Source: Fervidobacterium sp. (GTDB taxonomy: Bacteria; Thermotogota; Thermotogae; Thermotogales; Fervidobacteriaceae). Taken from it: a stretch of DNA of 64,000 nt. Of the stretch, positions 41,786 to 51,570 are shown piece after piece. The stretch covers positions 404,406 through 468,405 of the forward strand of contig JBMFNR010000002.1 in the NCBI GenBank assembly GCA_049970055.1, written 5' to 3'. The first letter of the stretch is position 1. Each line of letters begins with the position of its first letter. The position numbers and the translations under genes were made by a program. A model generated the notes under the pieces. The model was given only the letters and a program-made list of their open reading frames with translations. It ran no database searches and had not been told where the DNA came from.

Positions 41786-42964
41786 TCAATTTCTTATAAA
41801 TACTGCAGGCACAAATAATTCTTCTTGAGTTAATCCACCGTGCATACCATTTAGCCGTTCTTCCCCACCGCCATACAGGTAAGTGAAGGCATAATTTTCT
41901 CTTGCTATCATTATAGCATCTCCAATACGATTAAACAACTCTGGATGTGTTCGCCCATTCCCAAAAAGACCTTTCTCAACAGCTTCTTTTGCACTCATAA
42001 AATTTACAGTTTTGGGAAAATTCTCTTCAAAATAAGCTCTGAGAAATTCAAAGTTAGTTCTTTTTGACAAATAAAAATACATCATTCTCATTTCTCCACC
42101 AGGCGGTGATGATAGGAGTTTGTTGAATGGGTCAGTTGATTTTAGAAAGTAATTATTCGAACCTGGGATTTGTATCATTCCATGATCTGATGTTATCACG
42201 AATAAAGTATCATTTGGCAAGTTTTCATTTGTAAATTGTTTCAATTCTTTGAGTATTCGCTCCATTTCTATTTCATATGCCTCCGAATCAGGACCTTTTT
42301 TGTGTCCTAAGCTATCCAAATGTCCCCAATACACATAAAGTATTCCTTCCCAATCTTCAAAAAGCCTTTTCTTTAATGTGGCAAGTAAGTCACCCATATA
42401 GTAATAACTCATTATATGTCCGTTTCTGTGTATAAGATAAGATAAACCAGAATTAGCAATCGACGAATGCGTTAATACACCACCGTAAAGTCCCCGTTCC
42501 TTTAATATGTCAAAGACGTTTTCGAATCGGTGCAGTCTTTTTTTAATCAACCCAGAGAAGATTCCACCTTCTATACCAGGGTAAGTGTGTTCTATCATAT
42601 TTACAATTGAACCAACTTCTCGAAGATACAATATATATCCCAAAAAACCGTGCTCTTTTGGAGTGCGCCCAGTGAACCAGCTTGTCACAGCAGCTACTGT
42701 CGTTGTTGGAAAAACACTTGATACTTTTAAAATATGCTCAAAACCTATTTTTTCATTTATCTTATTAAACTTCAAGTAACCCATACCATCAACTAGGAAA
42801 ACGACGATTTTTCTTACATTACGTAAAAACCCCTCGAATGGATTTTCGAGGGGAAATTCAGGATGAAAATGCTGGCAATTAAATGTTTTTAAGAAGCTTG
42901 AAACTAGATTCACTATACTACGATTATAATCTGGAAGCAGTTCCGACGATTCCAAATGAAGCAC
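41786..42964 (-). CDS. Alkaline-phosphatase-superfamily nucleotide pyrophosphatase/phosphodiesterase
   Basis: LVDGMG, SVFPTTT (catalytic Thr), LDSLGH, TSDHG, GMHGG; no signal peptide. Confidence 0.85.
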   Translation of the reverse strand: MLHLESSELLPDYNRSIVNLVSSFLKTFNCQHFHPEFPLENPFEGFLRNVRKIVVFLVDGMGYLKFNKINEKIGFEHILKVSSVFPTTTVAAVTSWFTGRTPKEHGFLGYILYLREVGSIVNMIEHTYPGIEGGIFSGLIKKRLHRFENVFDILKERGLYGGVLTHSSIANSGLSYLIHRNGHIMSYYYMGDLLATLKKRLFEDWEGILYVYWGHLDSLGHKKGPDSEAYEIEMERILKELKQFTNENLPNDTLFVITSDHGMIQIPGSNNYFLKSTDPFNKLLSSPPGGEMRMMYFYLSKRTNFEFLRAYFEENFPKTVNFMSAKEAVEKGLFGNGRTHPELFNRIGDAIMIARENYAFTYLYGGGEERLNGMHGGLTQEELFVPAVFIRN

Positions 42965-42995
42965 CTCCGGATTTTGAACATTTTTTGAACATTCT

Positions 42996-45407
42996 TTATC
43001 CTTTCACAGCACCCTTTACAAGTCCACCAACAATATACTTTTGCATAATCAAGAAAAGCGCAACCATTGGGATCATTCCTATTAAGGCCGCTGCCGTGAA
43101 TAAGCCCCACTGTGTTTCAAATGGACCTGTTGAAAATGTGTAAAGACCTATCGCGTAAGTGTATTGTTTAACATCTTGAAGTATAATTCTCGCCAGTACA
43201 AACTCATTAAACGTTCCCATAAATGTTAATATTACAATGACAGCAAGAATTGGAGAAGCAAGTGGAAGTACGATTTTAACAAAAGTCTGCCACCTAGTTG
43301 CCCCGTCTATTAGTGCTGCTTCTTCAAGGGAATCAGGAATTGTATCATAATATCCTTTTATCAAATACATATTATACGCTATTCCTCCTAGATATGCAAA
43401 TATCAGACCTGAAAGCTTGTTAAGACCAAAGCCTGGAATATACTTTCCAGCAAATGATAAGAATGAATATATCGCTATCATATACATTATTGCTGGGAAC
43501 ATTTGGATAAGTAGTAGTGACATTATTCCGTACTTTCTACCTTTGAATCTCATCCTACTAAATGGATAGGCGGCAAGTGCTGTAACCGCTGTAATGATTA
43601 TTGACACAGTTAAAGCAACGATAACACTGTTAAGTATCCACCTAAGCATGTAATGGTCAGGTTTTCTTTGCCATATCTGATCAATTCTGAATGATGCACC
43701 ATCCAATGCTTTGAGGTACTTTTCTATATTCTTGTCTTTGAGTTTATCCGATAGCTCTGTTGCTTTTCTTGACATAACGTTCATATTTGGTACGACATTT
43801 GTTCTATAAGTTGAAAGCACAGTATCGGTTAGCTTTTCAAGAGACTGAGGTCTTACTTTTATCCCCGTTTTTGCAACGGGCATGAATTTAGGACCTTGTA
43901 ACTCAACATCGGCAAGGTACGTTTTGAGATCTCCTATAAAAGGTTTGTAATTTTCAACGAACAAATCGTAATTTGTGAACATGTCTTTGGCTACACCGGG
44001 CCAGTCGATATTTGAAACAAGTTTCCTTAACGTTTTTTGTTTTTTTTCGTCGTCCAAAGTATTCGCAAGATCTCCCACAATACCGAATACCTTCTTTGAT
44101 TGTAAATTCAAAAGTTGTAGTTGAACAGGTAACTTGAAGTTTTGGACTTTAGATTTGACTTCCTCAAGTTGTTTCTTAACAATTTGAGCTTTTACATAAG
44201 TAATTGCTGGTGAAATCTCTTGGTAAGTTTTGTTAAGCTCCTCGGTTGCTTTTTCAAGTTCCGCTTGAATTTGATTTAAATTTACTTTCTTTGGAGCAAT
44301 CTGGGCTTGTAATTCCAACATTGATGATGTTATGATATTTAACTTTTGAACTAGCGATACAGTTTCTTTAACTGTCCCTGCAATCCTTGTTGAGAAGATA
44401 TCGATTGTGTTTAAAAAATCCACAAAGGGAGCTTTGTCTTTTTGATCAAATTTGTTCCACTCCATGAGAATTACTCTGTAAAGTGTTTGAAATTGTAGCA
44501 ATAATCCATTGAGTTCTTCCAAATCTTTGAATTTGTCCGTATTAACTTTTAAGTTATTAATACCCTCGAGTGTTTGTTCAAATCTTAATCTTATTGGGGT
44601 ATCATCTGGCGTTATCTCGACAATCACTTTTGAGTTTTTAGCGGCATCAAGTAACTTTTTTGCCGAATCAAGCGCAAGTATATATTCTTTGAGCTGAGAT
44701 ATCAAGAACGAGTTTATCGTCCTTACTGTTGAAAGATACTGGCTTTGGTATCTTGCGTATGATTTTTCCAATGGATCTAATTCATTCTTTATTTGCTGTA
44801 TCTGAGAGCTAAGTTGCTCAATTTTCTGTTTTCTATCACCTATAAGTCTTTGCCATAGCGTCTCACCCTGGCTTGGATCTATATCATTAATTTCTGACAA
44901 ATCGTATCCATTGTTTTGTAGATCATATGCTGCAACTTCTAGGTATCGAGTAGGCTTTGTGAAATCAAGTTCTTTTATTATTTTGTCAATGTTTTTGTTA
45001 AATGATTTAATTATTTTGTCAGAGTTAGTTTCGAAATACTTTTTCATGTTTACTATGCTATCATCGATACTCTTTTTGAGGTTCTCGGTCTCTACAACAT
45101 ATTTTTTGAAAAGTTCGATATCTTTTTTCAAATACTCTTTTGCTTTGTCCAATGTATCTTTGTCATGAGGTGGTGCCATTAAAATGAGAGCATCGATGTC
45201 AGAAACGAGTCTTGGACCATTTTTTTCTGGCATGATAAGGTCTCTATAATTTTGCAAAGTTAACCTATTACTGAATAGTTTTGTTGAAAATGCTGCGTTG
45301 TCCCTTCTAAGTGATGTTGAAACTACCCAAACTACCGGGAATAATACAGCAACGGAAATAATTATTAAGATAATGTGAGTAAGTAATTTTCGTTCTTTTT
45401 TGACCAT
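42996..45407 (-). CDS. malG: Maltose/maltodextrin ABC permease with large extracytoplasmic helical insertion
   Basis: LFPVVWVVSTS at the N-terminus; C-terminal EAA motif LEEAALIDGAT; IVGGLVKGAVKG; 803 aa. Confidence 0.85.
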   Translation of the reverse strand: MVKKERKLLTHIILIIISVAVLFPVVWVVSTSLRRDNAAFSTKLFSNRLTLQNYRDLIMPEKNGPRLVSDIDALILMAPPHDKDTLDKAKEYLKKDIELFKKYVVETENLKKSIDDSIVNMKKYFETNSDKIIKSFNKNIDKIIKELDFTKPTRYLEVAAYDLQNNGYDLSEINDIDPSQGETLWQRLIGDRKQKIEQLSSQIQQIKNELDPLEKSYARYQSQYLSTVRTINSFLISQLKEYILALDSAKKLLDAAKNSKVIVEITPDDTPIRLRFEQTLEGINNLKVNTDKFKDLEELNGLLLQFQTLYRVILMEWNKFDQKDKAPFVDFLNTIDIFSTRIAGTVKETVSLVQKLNIITSSMLELQAQIAPKKVNLNQIQAELEKATEELNKTYQEISPAITYVKAQIVKKQLEEVKSKVQNFKLPVQLQLLNLQSKKVFGIVGDLANTLDDEKKQKTLRKLVSNIDWPGVAKDMFTNYDLFVENYKPFIGDLKTYLADVELQGPKFMPVAKTGIKVRPQSLEKLTDTVLSTYRTNVVPNMNVMSRKATELSDKLKDKNIEKYLKALDGASFRIDQIWQRKPDHYMLRWILNSVIVALTVSIIITAVTALAAYPFSRMRFKGRKYGIMSLLLIQMFPAIMYMIAIYSFLSFAGKYIPGFGLNKLSGLIFAYLGGIAYNMYLIKGYYDTIPDSLEEAALIDGATRWQTFVKIVLPLASPILAVIVILTFMGTFNEFVLARIILQDVKQYTYAIGLYTFSTGPFETQWGLFTAAALIGMIPMVALFLIMQKYIVGGLVKGAVKG

Positions 45408-47113
45408 TATCTATTCACCTCTTCAAATGAACCTGATAGTTTGAAATTTATGAAACTCAAACTACCAACGATCAAGAATATAAGTATGGAAATTGCCGAT
45501 GCAAATCCAAAATCTTGACCACGGCCACCTTCAAATGCAAGTTTGTATGTGTACGATATGAGTATATCCGTTGAACCTGCTGGCGTAGTTGTATTCGGCA
45601 TTGCTGGTCCACCACCGGTGAGCAGGTAAATGTTCACGAAATTGTTGAAATTAAATGCAAAGCTGCCAACAAGTAAAGGTGCCACTGTTGTCATGAGAAG
45701 CGGAAAAGTAATCTTCCAAAATCTTTGCCATTTCGTTGCCCCGTCTATAGCTGCCGCTTCGTAGTAGTCTTCCGGAATACTTTGAAGCGCACCTAATGTA
45801 ACAACCATCATGTATGGAAATCCAAGCCACGTATTAACTGTTAAGACTGCAACCTTTGCCCAAAACGGATCGTTCATCCACTTAATTGGTTCGCCACCAA
45901 GTAGTTTTGTTACAATAAATTTATTTATTAAACCGTAAGTTTCATTGAAGAAACCGTTTTTCCACACCAAAACAGAAATAAAAGCTGGTATTGCCCATGG
46001 AATAATCAGTAGCGAGCGGTAAATCGTCCGACCACGTAGGTTAGGATTGTTTAAAACCAAGGCAAGAATTAATCCTATAACAAACGTAAACAGAACACTT
46101 AGTGCAGCCCAGGTGAAGTTCCAAACGAATATTTTTGCAAATGGGCCGGACACAGTTTGGTCAGTGAGTATCCTTGTAAAGTTTTTCAGACCATATCCAG
46201 ATATATATCCGGCAACTGTAACTTTTTCACCTTTTTCGTTTGTGTCATATATCGTACCGTTTTCTTCGATTAAGGGTTTTCCTGTTGAAGTGTTTATAAG
46301 AACTGTTTTAACAACACTCTTACCATTTTCTATAACCTCAGCTAGACCAAGTTTGTACATATGTTTAATCTCATACAATAATAACTTTCCTTCCTCGTTT
46401 TGTCTTATGGAATATCTATTGGTAAACGCATCTACAAATTCTATTTTACTCAATATGGGGAAAAGTATAGAGTATTTAAAATATTCTTCATTAATAGCTG
46501 TTGATGAGTCTTCGGGTGAGTAGAAATATTTGTATATCTTTCCGCTGTAATTTATTAATTCAACTCTACCGTTTTGAATTTCTGTCTTTACGTTGCTATC
46601 ACTAACCTTTATCAATTCGGATTCACCAAGAATCAATTCACCAGCTTCCGCTTTTAATGTTCTGAAATCTTTTGCTATGTAAGTTGTCGTTGTGTCTTTT
46701 AATAAAACTACAAAGTCTTTTGTTGGTTGAGTACCATCGAATCTCACATAAACAAAGTATTTCATCTTTGTGCCATCATCGATGGTATAAGTGTAAATGG
46801 GATCAACGAGTAACCTTTCAATAACTTCTTGTCTTGTCATAATGTGGCCAGTACCATAATTTGTAAAAGCTGTTCTGATAGTAAATGCAATCGGGTAAAG
46901 TACCAATATAAAAAGCAGAATAAGGGCAGGTATCATGTATCTATATGGATATCCTGCTGGATTTATTATTATAAAATCGATAAGAAAGATCAAAACGAAC
47001 AAAGTTACCGATAATTCGTAAAATCCTCTTTGAAAAAGAAAAAGCCCTCCAAGGATTACAAATATTGTGAACAAAACAAGAACAATCCAGCCTATGAATT
47101 TTAGTATCTTCAT
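45407..47113 (-). CDS. malF: Maltose/maltodextrin ABC permease
   Basis: AFTNY, IIPWAIP, WLGFPYMM, YEAAAIDGA, FAFNFNNF, TDILISYTY. Confidence 0.9.
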   Translation of the reverse strand: MKILKFIGWIVLVLFTIFVILGGLFLFQRGFYELSVTLFVLIFLIDFIIINPAGYPYRYMIPALILLFILVLYPIAFTIRTAFTNYGTGHIMTRQEVIERLLVDPIYTYTIDDGTKMKYFVYVRFDGTQPTKDFVVLLKDTTTTYIAKDFRTLKAEAGELILGESELIKVSDSNVKTEIQNGRVELINYSGKIYKYFYSPEDSSTAINEEYFKYSILFPILSKIEFVDAFTNRYSIRQNEEGKLLLYEIKHMYKLGLAEVIENGKSVVKTVLINTSTGKPLIEENGTIYDTNEKGEKVTVAGYISGYGLKNFTRILTDQTVSGPFAKIFVWNFTWAALSVLFTFVIGLILALVLNNPNLRGRTIYRSLLIIPWAIPAFISVLVWKNGFFNETYGLINKFIVTKLLGGEPIKWMNDPFWAKVAVLTVNTWLGFPYMMVVTLGALQSIPEDYYEAAAIDGATKWQRFWKITFPLLMTTVAPLLVGSFAFNFNNFVNIYLLTGGGPAMPNTTTPAGSTDILISYTYKLAFEGGRGQDFGFASAISILIFLIVGSLSFINFKLSGSFEEVNR

Positions 47114-47164
47114 CGATTCTTCCTCCTCGTAAACGACACATTAAGATACATTAGAAAAATTAAT

Positions 47165-47194
47165 AAAAGGCACGGGGGCATTCCCCCGTGCCCC
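47165..47194 (-). terminator. Intra-operon hairpin/terminator after malE
   Basis: Plus-strand GGCACGGGGG-catt-CCCCCGTGCC stem, with a T-tract on the minus strand. Confidence 0.75.
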
Positions 47195-47209
47195 ACATTT
47201 TTCAAAAGA

Positions 47210-48397
47210 TTACTTAATTTGTGCTTTAATTTGTGCGACCGCGTCTGCAAGTGCTTTTTCTGCAGGTACTCCCTGGTCAAGTGCTTTTGCTAAAGCATCA
47301 CCCATTGCTCCCCAAACTGCGGCCATTTCTGGAACATTTGGCATTGGAAGACCGTATTTACCAAGGAAATCAGCAAACTTCTTTGTAAGTGGGTCTTTTT
47401 GCATAACAAGTTCGTTAACATCTGTTCTTGATGGGCATCTTGGGTCTGCTTGCCAAATTTGGTACATTACGTCCTTTGTTGCGATGAATTTTGTTAGGAA
47501 GTCAAGCGCAAAGAGTTTATTCTTGCTTTTTGCGTTAACCATGAATCCTTGTGCACCGAAGAATGGTTTTGGAGCCTTTCCGCCAGGAAGTGTTGGAATT
47601 GGTGCAACATCGAAGTTAATACCTGCTTGTTTGTATCCTGGGACTGCCCATGGACCGTTAAGAATCATAGCAGCTTGACCGTCTTTGAAAAGGCCATCCA
47701 TTGTATTGTAGTTGTCACCAGATGTGAGTATTTTTTCGTCAACAAGTTTCTTTATTAGTTTCAGTCCTTCGATTGCACCCGCGTTCGCAAGTCCGACATC
47801 TTTCACGTTAACTTTTCCTGATTTGTCTGTTCCGAATACATATCCACCCATTCCGAAGAACGCAAATGAGCTGAAGTAGAAGTTTTTGTAATCGTAAATA
47901 AACCCTCTAACTTCTCCACCATAATCTTTTTCGATACTCTTTGCGAGGGCAATTAATTCATCCCATGTTTTCGGTGGGTTTTGTACGTAATCTTTGTTGT
48001 ACATTAGTGCTGGACCGTCAAAAGCGTATGGTATACCGTAGAGTTTTCCGTTGTAAGTAAATCCTTGAAGTGGTGTTGGGAAGTATTTTTCTTTTTCTGG
48101 AAGGTTGATTGGTTCAAGTAATCCGTTAACAACAAGTTCTCCAACCCAGTCGTGTGCACCAACAATGATATCTGGTCCTTCTCCTGCTGGAGCTGCTGTT
48201 AAGAATTTCGATTTGATGTCACCAAAGTTGACTTGTACAACATCAACTTGTACACCATATTTTGCCTTGTACTGATCTGCAAGTTTCTTGAGAATTGGTA
48301 CCTGTGCTTCCGATGTCCAAATAGTGATCTTTTTTGCTTGAGCAAATGCCAAGAAAACAAACAATGCCACCAAAATAACTGTGAGCAGTTTCCTCAT
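47210..48397 (-). CDS. malE: Maltose/maltodextrin-binding protein
   Basis: Signal peptide, GPDIIVGAHDW, YNKD, NGPW, PMPNVPEMAAVW. Confidence 0.9.
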   Translation of the reverse strand: MRKLLTVILVALFVFLAFAQAKKITIWTSEAQVPILKKLADQYKAKYGVQVDVVQVNFGDIKSKFLTAAPAGEGPDIIVGAHDWVGELVVNGLLEPINLPEKEKYFPTPLQGFTYNGKLYGIPYAFDGPALMYNKDYVQNPPKTWDELIALAKSIEKDYGGEVRGFIYDYKNFYFSSFAFFGMGGYVFGTDKSGKVNVKDVGLANAGAIEGLKLIKKLVDEKILTSGDNYNTMDGLFKDGQAAMILNGPWAVPGYKQAGINFDVAPIPTLPGGKAPKPFFGAQGFMVNAKSKNKLFALDFLTKFIATKDVMYQIWQADPRCPSRTDVNELVMQKDPLTKKFADFLGKYGLPMPNVPEMAAVWGAMGDALAKALDQGVPAEKALADAVAQIKAQIK

Positions 48398-48503
48398 ACA
48401 CTCTACCTCCCTTTTCTAAAATGGTGTGTTTCGAGAAATTTCATTCTTAAATCGCCGAGCCAAAAATATTATACTACAATTTAAACTAAAGTAAACAACT
48501 CTT

Positions 48504-48517
48504 TGGAATAGTTTCCA
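48504..48517. promoter_or_regulatory. LacI-family-like operator upstream of malE
   Basis: Palindrome TGGAA-TAGT-TTCCA about 30 nt upstream of the malE -10 (ATTATA at 48468-48473 on plus). Confidence 0.5.
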
Positions 48518-48615
48518 TCCAATAGCAAAAATTACCATACCTAAGCATACAAAAGCATAAAAATGATACAATCAGTGATCTCCACCCTATTTTTCATTTT
48601 TCGTAATAGCGGATA

Positions 48616-48667
48616 TTGAAATTTAATGGCAAATGGAGTATATTATATCCTGTAATTATAGATTACA
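48616..48667 (+). promoter_or_regulatory. Sigma70 promoter followed by a TGTAA-N7-TTACA palindrome
   Basis: TTGAAA-17 nt-TATATT at 48616-48644; TGTAATTATAGATTACA at 48651-48667. Confidence 0.6.
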
Positions 48668-48713
48668 TGTGATGAGATTTCTGAGTCAATACAGATTGTA
48701 GGAGGTGTAAAAG

Positions 48714-50057
48714 ATGGAGAAAAAAAGAAGAAGAGTGATCATTTTGGGTGCTGCCGGAAGAGATTTCCATAACTTTAACACATTCTTTAGAAACAACCCA
48801 GATTACGAGGTAGTTGCATTCACTGCAACTCAAATACCAGATATATCCGGAAGAATTTACCCACCAGAACTAGCAGGTCCACTTTATCCAAATGGTATTC
48901 CTATTGAAGATGAAGCAAAACTTCCAGAACTTGTTAAAAAATATGACGTTGACGAAGTAATTCTTGCTTACAGTGACTTGCCGCACCAGTACGTTATGGA
49001 AAGAGCTTCCATTGCTTTAGCTTCTGGAGCAGACTTCAAATTGATGGGACCCAAGGCCACAATGATAGAATCCACAAAACCAGTTGTCTCGGTATGTGCA
49101 ATAAGAACAGGCTGTGGAAAAAGTCAAACAACAAGGAGAGTTCTTGACATTCTTAGAAGCAAGGGTATGAAAGTTATTTCTATTAGACATCCAATGCCAT
49201 ATGGTGATTTAGTCGCCCAGAAGGTTCAGAGATTTGCGGATTATTCAGACCTTGATAAACACAACTGTACAATAGAAGAACGCGAAGAATATGAACCACA
49301 CATTGATAGAAAAAGTGTTATATACGCTGGTGTTGACTACGAGGCAATTTTAAGATCAGCTGAAGCGGAGAATCCCGATGTTATTCTCTGGGATGGTGGA
49401 AACAACGACTTCCCATTTTACAAATCAGATCTTAAGATTGTTGTTGTTGATCCACACAGACCAGGTCATGAAATTTCTTACTATCCAGGTATGGCAAACC
49501 TACTTATGGCGGATGTTATTGTGATAAACAAAGAAGAGACGGCTAATAGAGACGATATCGAGACTGTGAGAAAGAACATCGCAAAATGGAACCCCAATGC
49601 CATAGTTGTTGATGCCGCATCACCAATTTTCGTTGATGACCCATCAATGATTAGAGGTAAGAAAGTACTCGTTGTGGAAGATGGACCAACTCTAACACAC
49701 GGAGAAATGAGATACGGCGCAGGTTTCGTCGCAGCAAAAAGATTTGGTGCGAAAGAAATCATCGATCCAAGACCATTCGCGGTTGGTTCAATAGTCGAGA
49801 CGTACAAGAAATACAACCATCTTGATGTGATTCTTCCAGCAATGGGGTATGGCGAAAAGCAGATTAAAGAGCTTGAAGAAACAATCAACAAATCAGATGC
49901 CGATGTTGTCATAATTGGAACTCCAATTGATCTTAGAAGGGTTATGAAATTGAACAAACCGGCTGTTAGAGTGAGGTATGAATTGCAAGAAATCGGTGAA
50001 CCAACACTCGAACAGATTCTCACAGATTTTCTCAGACAAAAAGGTTTACTAAAGTAA
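48714..50057 (+). CDS. arcE: cDPG-synthetase-family P-loop enzyme, probable arginine synthetase
   Basis: ILGAAGRDFHNFN, ATQIP, RTGCGKS, RHPMPYG, TIEEREEYE, WDGGNND, EDGPTLTHG. Confidence 0.7.
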   Translation: MEKKRRRVIILGAAGRDFHNFNTFFRNNPDYEVVAFTATQIPDISGRIYPPELAGPLYPNGIPIEDEAKLPELVKKYDVDEVILAYSDLPHQYVMERASIALASGADFKLMGPKATMIESTKPVVSVCAIRTGCGKSQTTRRVLDILRSKGMKVISIRHPMPYGDLVAQKVQRFADYSDLDKHNCTIEEREEYEPHIDRKSVIYAGVDYEAILRSAEAENPDVILWDGGNNDFPFYKSDLKIVVVDPHRPGHEISYYPGMANLLMADVIVINKEETANRDDIETVRKNIAKWNPNAIVVDAASPIFVDDPSMIRGKKVLVVEDGPTLTHGEMRYGAGFVAAKRFGAKEIIDPRPFAVGSIVETYKKYNHLDVILPAMGYGEKQIKELEETINKSDADVVIIGTPIDLRRVMKLNKPAVRVRYELQEIGEPTLEQILTDFLRQKGLLK

Positions 50058-50071
50058 CAATTATGTAAACT

Positions 50072-50107
50072 AAAAAAGCAGCGTGCAAATGTTTGCACGC
50101 TGCTTTT
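50072..50107. terminator. Bidirectional terminator
   Basis: AAAAGCAGCGTGCAAA-tg-TTTGCACGCTGCTTTT. Confidence 0.85.
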
Positions 50108-50126
50108 AGTTTACTTTATTACGCTT

Positions 50127-50351
50127 TTATGCCGTCACGTCTAGGTTTTTTCCTTGGAATAGTTCTCCGGCGATCCTAACAAGTTTCACGTTCACATCTT
50201 GTTGTTTGTAAAGTGCAAAATTAAGCACTTGCAGAGTGAGATCTTTTATCTGCTGTACTTGAGCTGTTTGCGACTGATCTCTATTAGCTACTTTTCTTGC
50301 GTAAACGTTTTGTAGCGTGTATGGGTTCACATCCATGCCTTCAATTCTCAT
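50127..50351 (-). CDS. Small hypothetical protein (YjfB-like C-terminus)
   Basis: SD GAGGTG before MRIEG; C-terminal GKNLDVTA; overlaps the kinase stop. Confidence 0.55.
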   Translation of the reverse strand: MRIEGMDVNPYTLQNVYARKVANRDQSQTAQVQQIKDLTLQVLNFALYKQQDVNVKLVRIAGELFQGKNLDVTA

Positions 50352-51570
50352 ATGTATCACCTCTTTGTACCGTAAAAACAGTTCTTTCATCCGTACTTGA
50401 AACCATGATCTTGAGACCAAGTTTTGTTGCGATTTCTTTGGCAATATATAATCCAAGTCCTGTACCGTCTGAATTTTTTCCTTTGTAAAATCTTTCAAAT
50501 ATTTTATCTAAATCTTCTTCTGGAATCTTTTCGCCATGATTTTCAACCTCTATCTTTTCATTTGATAGGTGTAAAATGACTGGTGCGGCACCGTGCGTAA
50601 ATGCGTTGCTTAACAATATCGTTAAAATAATTCCAAGCCCTTCTTTGTGTGTTTTCATTGTACCATTCCCGTTGATGTAAATTTCTTTTTCTTTAAATTT
50701 ATGCGTGATGATGTCATCAATGAATTGTTTTAAGTCTATCCTTTCTTCTGTCAATGAGTCAACCCTTGCTATTAGTAGCATATTTTCAATGATTTCTTTT
50801 ATCTCTTTACTACTCTCCTCTATAGCGTTAACAGCTTCATTGAGAATCTTTTCATCTTTCGTACCCCAGCGTTTTAACATGCTTACATATCCAAGTAAAT
50901 TTGTTACCGGTGTTCTAAGTTCGTGCGAAACTGCTGAAACAAATGATTCTTGAGACCTGTAAGATCTTTCTATTCGCCCCATTAGATCGTTAAATTTAGA
51001 AATCAGTTCTGAGACTTCCGAACTTCTTGATTTAACATTTATCCTGTACGCCAAATCTGTGCCACCAAGATTTTCTATCTCATTTATAAATTCTCTTAGA
51101 TCTCGAACACTACTGTGGGACAATGCGTACGTTGACAAAAAGATGAAAAGACCAATGAACAGGATTGCGACAACGAATATGGTTCGTATCGAGTACAAGA
51201 ATTTCATTGTTGGCGTTATATCTCTGCCGATAACAATTTTTTGGTACTTCACAAAGTAAAAATATCTATCATCGATTCTTTGAAAACCTTGTGTATCAAT
51301 TACACCTATGCCGTATGGATCGCTTATTATCTCCTTGCTTTCAGCATCAGCAGCGTATAAATCCCACCTTGTTACTATATACTGTGGGCCAAATGGTGTA
51401 TGAACGATTAAAACCGAGCGTTCTATATTTCCCATATCGTTGATTATATTTCTTTCTGCAACAAAGGTAAAATACCGGTAGATAGCAAACAGTACGATTC
51501 CAACGATAAAAACCGTGGCAAAGGTGTTAAGTAATGAGAGCTTAGTTGCTAGTTTCAATGTGTTCACCAT
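50341..51570 (-). CDS. HAMP-domain sensor histidine kinase
   Basis: Two TMs, HAMP, H-box VSHELRTP, N-box LLSNA, IFERFY, GTGLGL. Confidence 0.92.
   Translation of the reverse strand: MVNTLKLATKLSLLNTFATVFIVGIVLFAIYRYFTFVAERNIINDMGNIERSVLIVHTPFGPQYIVTRWDLYAADAESKEIISDPYGIGVIDTQGFQRIDDRYFYFVKYQKIVIGRDITPTMKFLYSIRTIFVVAILFIGLFIFLSTYALSHSSVRDLREFINEIENLGGTDLAYRINVKSRSSEVSELISKFNDLMGRIERSYRSQESFVSAVSHELRTPVTNLLGYVSMLKRWGTKDEKILNEAVNAIEESSKEIKEIIENMLLIARVDSLTEERIDLKQFIDDIITHKFKEKEIYINGNGTMKTHKEGLGIILTILLSNAFTHGAAPVILHLSNEKIEVENHGEKIPEEDLDKIFERFYKGKNSDGTGLGLYIAKEIATKLGLKIMVSSTDERTVFTVQRGDTYEN

Noticed and set aside
48540..48572. ARG box (AAGCATA repeats) upstream of arcE
   Set aside because: Only a half-site resemblance in AT-rich DNA
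49481..50098. 205-aa minus-strand ORF
   Set aside because: Antisense shadow of the arcE-like gene
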